Source: Deltaproteobacteria bacterium (GTDB taxonomy: Bacteria; Desulfobacterota_D; UBA1144; Nemesobacterales; CSP1-2). Taken from it: a stretch of DNA of 64,000 nucleotides. Shown here piece by piece: positions 63,631 to 64,000 of the stretch (positions within the stretch are counted from its first letter, which is position 1; every line of letters starts with the position of its first letter). Under the pieces are notes generated by a model. It did not search any database, had not been told where the DNA came from, and saw only the letters and a list, made by a program, of their open reading frames with translations. The stretch spans positions 128,001-192,000 of the forward strand of contig JBQTHB010000002.1 in assembly GCA_052390235.1 (NCBI GenBank). Direction: 5' to 3'. The translations under genes were made by a program, and so were the position numbers.

Positions 63631-64000
63631 ATGGCGGAAGAGTATAATTATTTAGTCAACGGCGTGTGGGTTGAGACAGAGAAAAAAAGAGAAATCAAAA
63701 ACCCCTATGACGATACCCTCGCAGGAATTGTGAGCGTTCCCGATGCCGAGTCTGCCGAGGGGGCATTGAGAGGAGCAGAGCGCGCATTCTCCCAATTTAA
63801 ATCCGCGCCAAGCTACGAGCGAAGGGACATACTGCGCAGAATTGCCGCCGCCATTGCATCCCGCAGGGAGGAATTCGCAAGGACTCTGGTTCTTGAATCG
63901 GGCAAGCCCCTTAAGACGGCAAGAGCCGAGGTTGACCGCGCCGTGATGACATTTACCGTCGGGGCTGAAGAGGCGGCAAGGTTCAGAGGCGGCGAAATCC
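63631..64000 (+). CDS. Aldehyde dehydrogenase family protein, truncated at window edge
   Basis: Manual translation MAEEYNYLVNGVWV...KNPYD...ESGKPLKTARAEVDRA..TF...AEEA; GAGGGG SD. Confidence 0.88.
   Translation, partial: MAEEYNYLVNGVWVETEKKREIKNPYDDTLAGIVSVPDAESAEGALRGAERAFSQFKSAPSYERRDILRRIAAAIASRREEFARTLVLESGKPLKTARAEVDRAVMTFTVGAEEAARFRGGEI

Overview
Bacterial chromosomal window made almost entirely of housekeeping genes, with no CRISPR array, transposase, integrase or prophage detected. Gene content and 16S style suggest an uncultured deltaproteobacteria-like lineage, possibly Ca. Dadabacteria; this is inference and needs a 16S classification. In order, it holds a sulfur-relay/cysteine cluster (TusA, CysM, JAB/Mec, MoeB), purSQ, parAB, an rRNA operon (16S, tRNA-Ile, tRNA-Ala, 23S, no 5S), a TolC/MacA/ABC-ATPase operon, a stand-alone HerA, argH, tRNA-Ala, hom, csp, slt, ndk, lipB, holA, rpsT, transaldolase, xseB-ispA-tlyA, an antiporter-USP fusion, pabB, an aminotransferase-pgk-tpiA-secG operon, fdxA, nth, tpx, sufT, coaX, an ECF sigma module, uvrB and the rimP-nusA-infB-rbfA-truB-rpsO-pnp-miaA region. 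The most notable observations are: (1) a PGK with an intact 3-phosphoglycerate site but degenerate nucleotide-binding motifs, a candidate pseudo-enzyme, in an operon where an aminotransferase replaces gap; (2) unusual translation initiation, with probable CTG/CTG/ATT starts for parB, an ABC ATPase and tlyA, plus several apparently leaderless genes; (3) an rrn operon lacking 5S whose 16S carries archaeal-type covarying pairs; (4) a CysO-type sulfur relay with no ubiquitin-like carrier in the cluster; (5) a shared ECF-type promoter motif linking the sigma operon to an unknown secreted Asn/Tyr/Gly-rich protein. I cannot claim a confirmed new system; these are testable leads.
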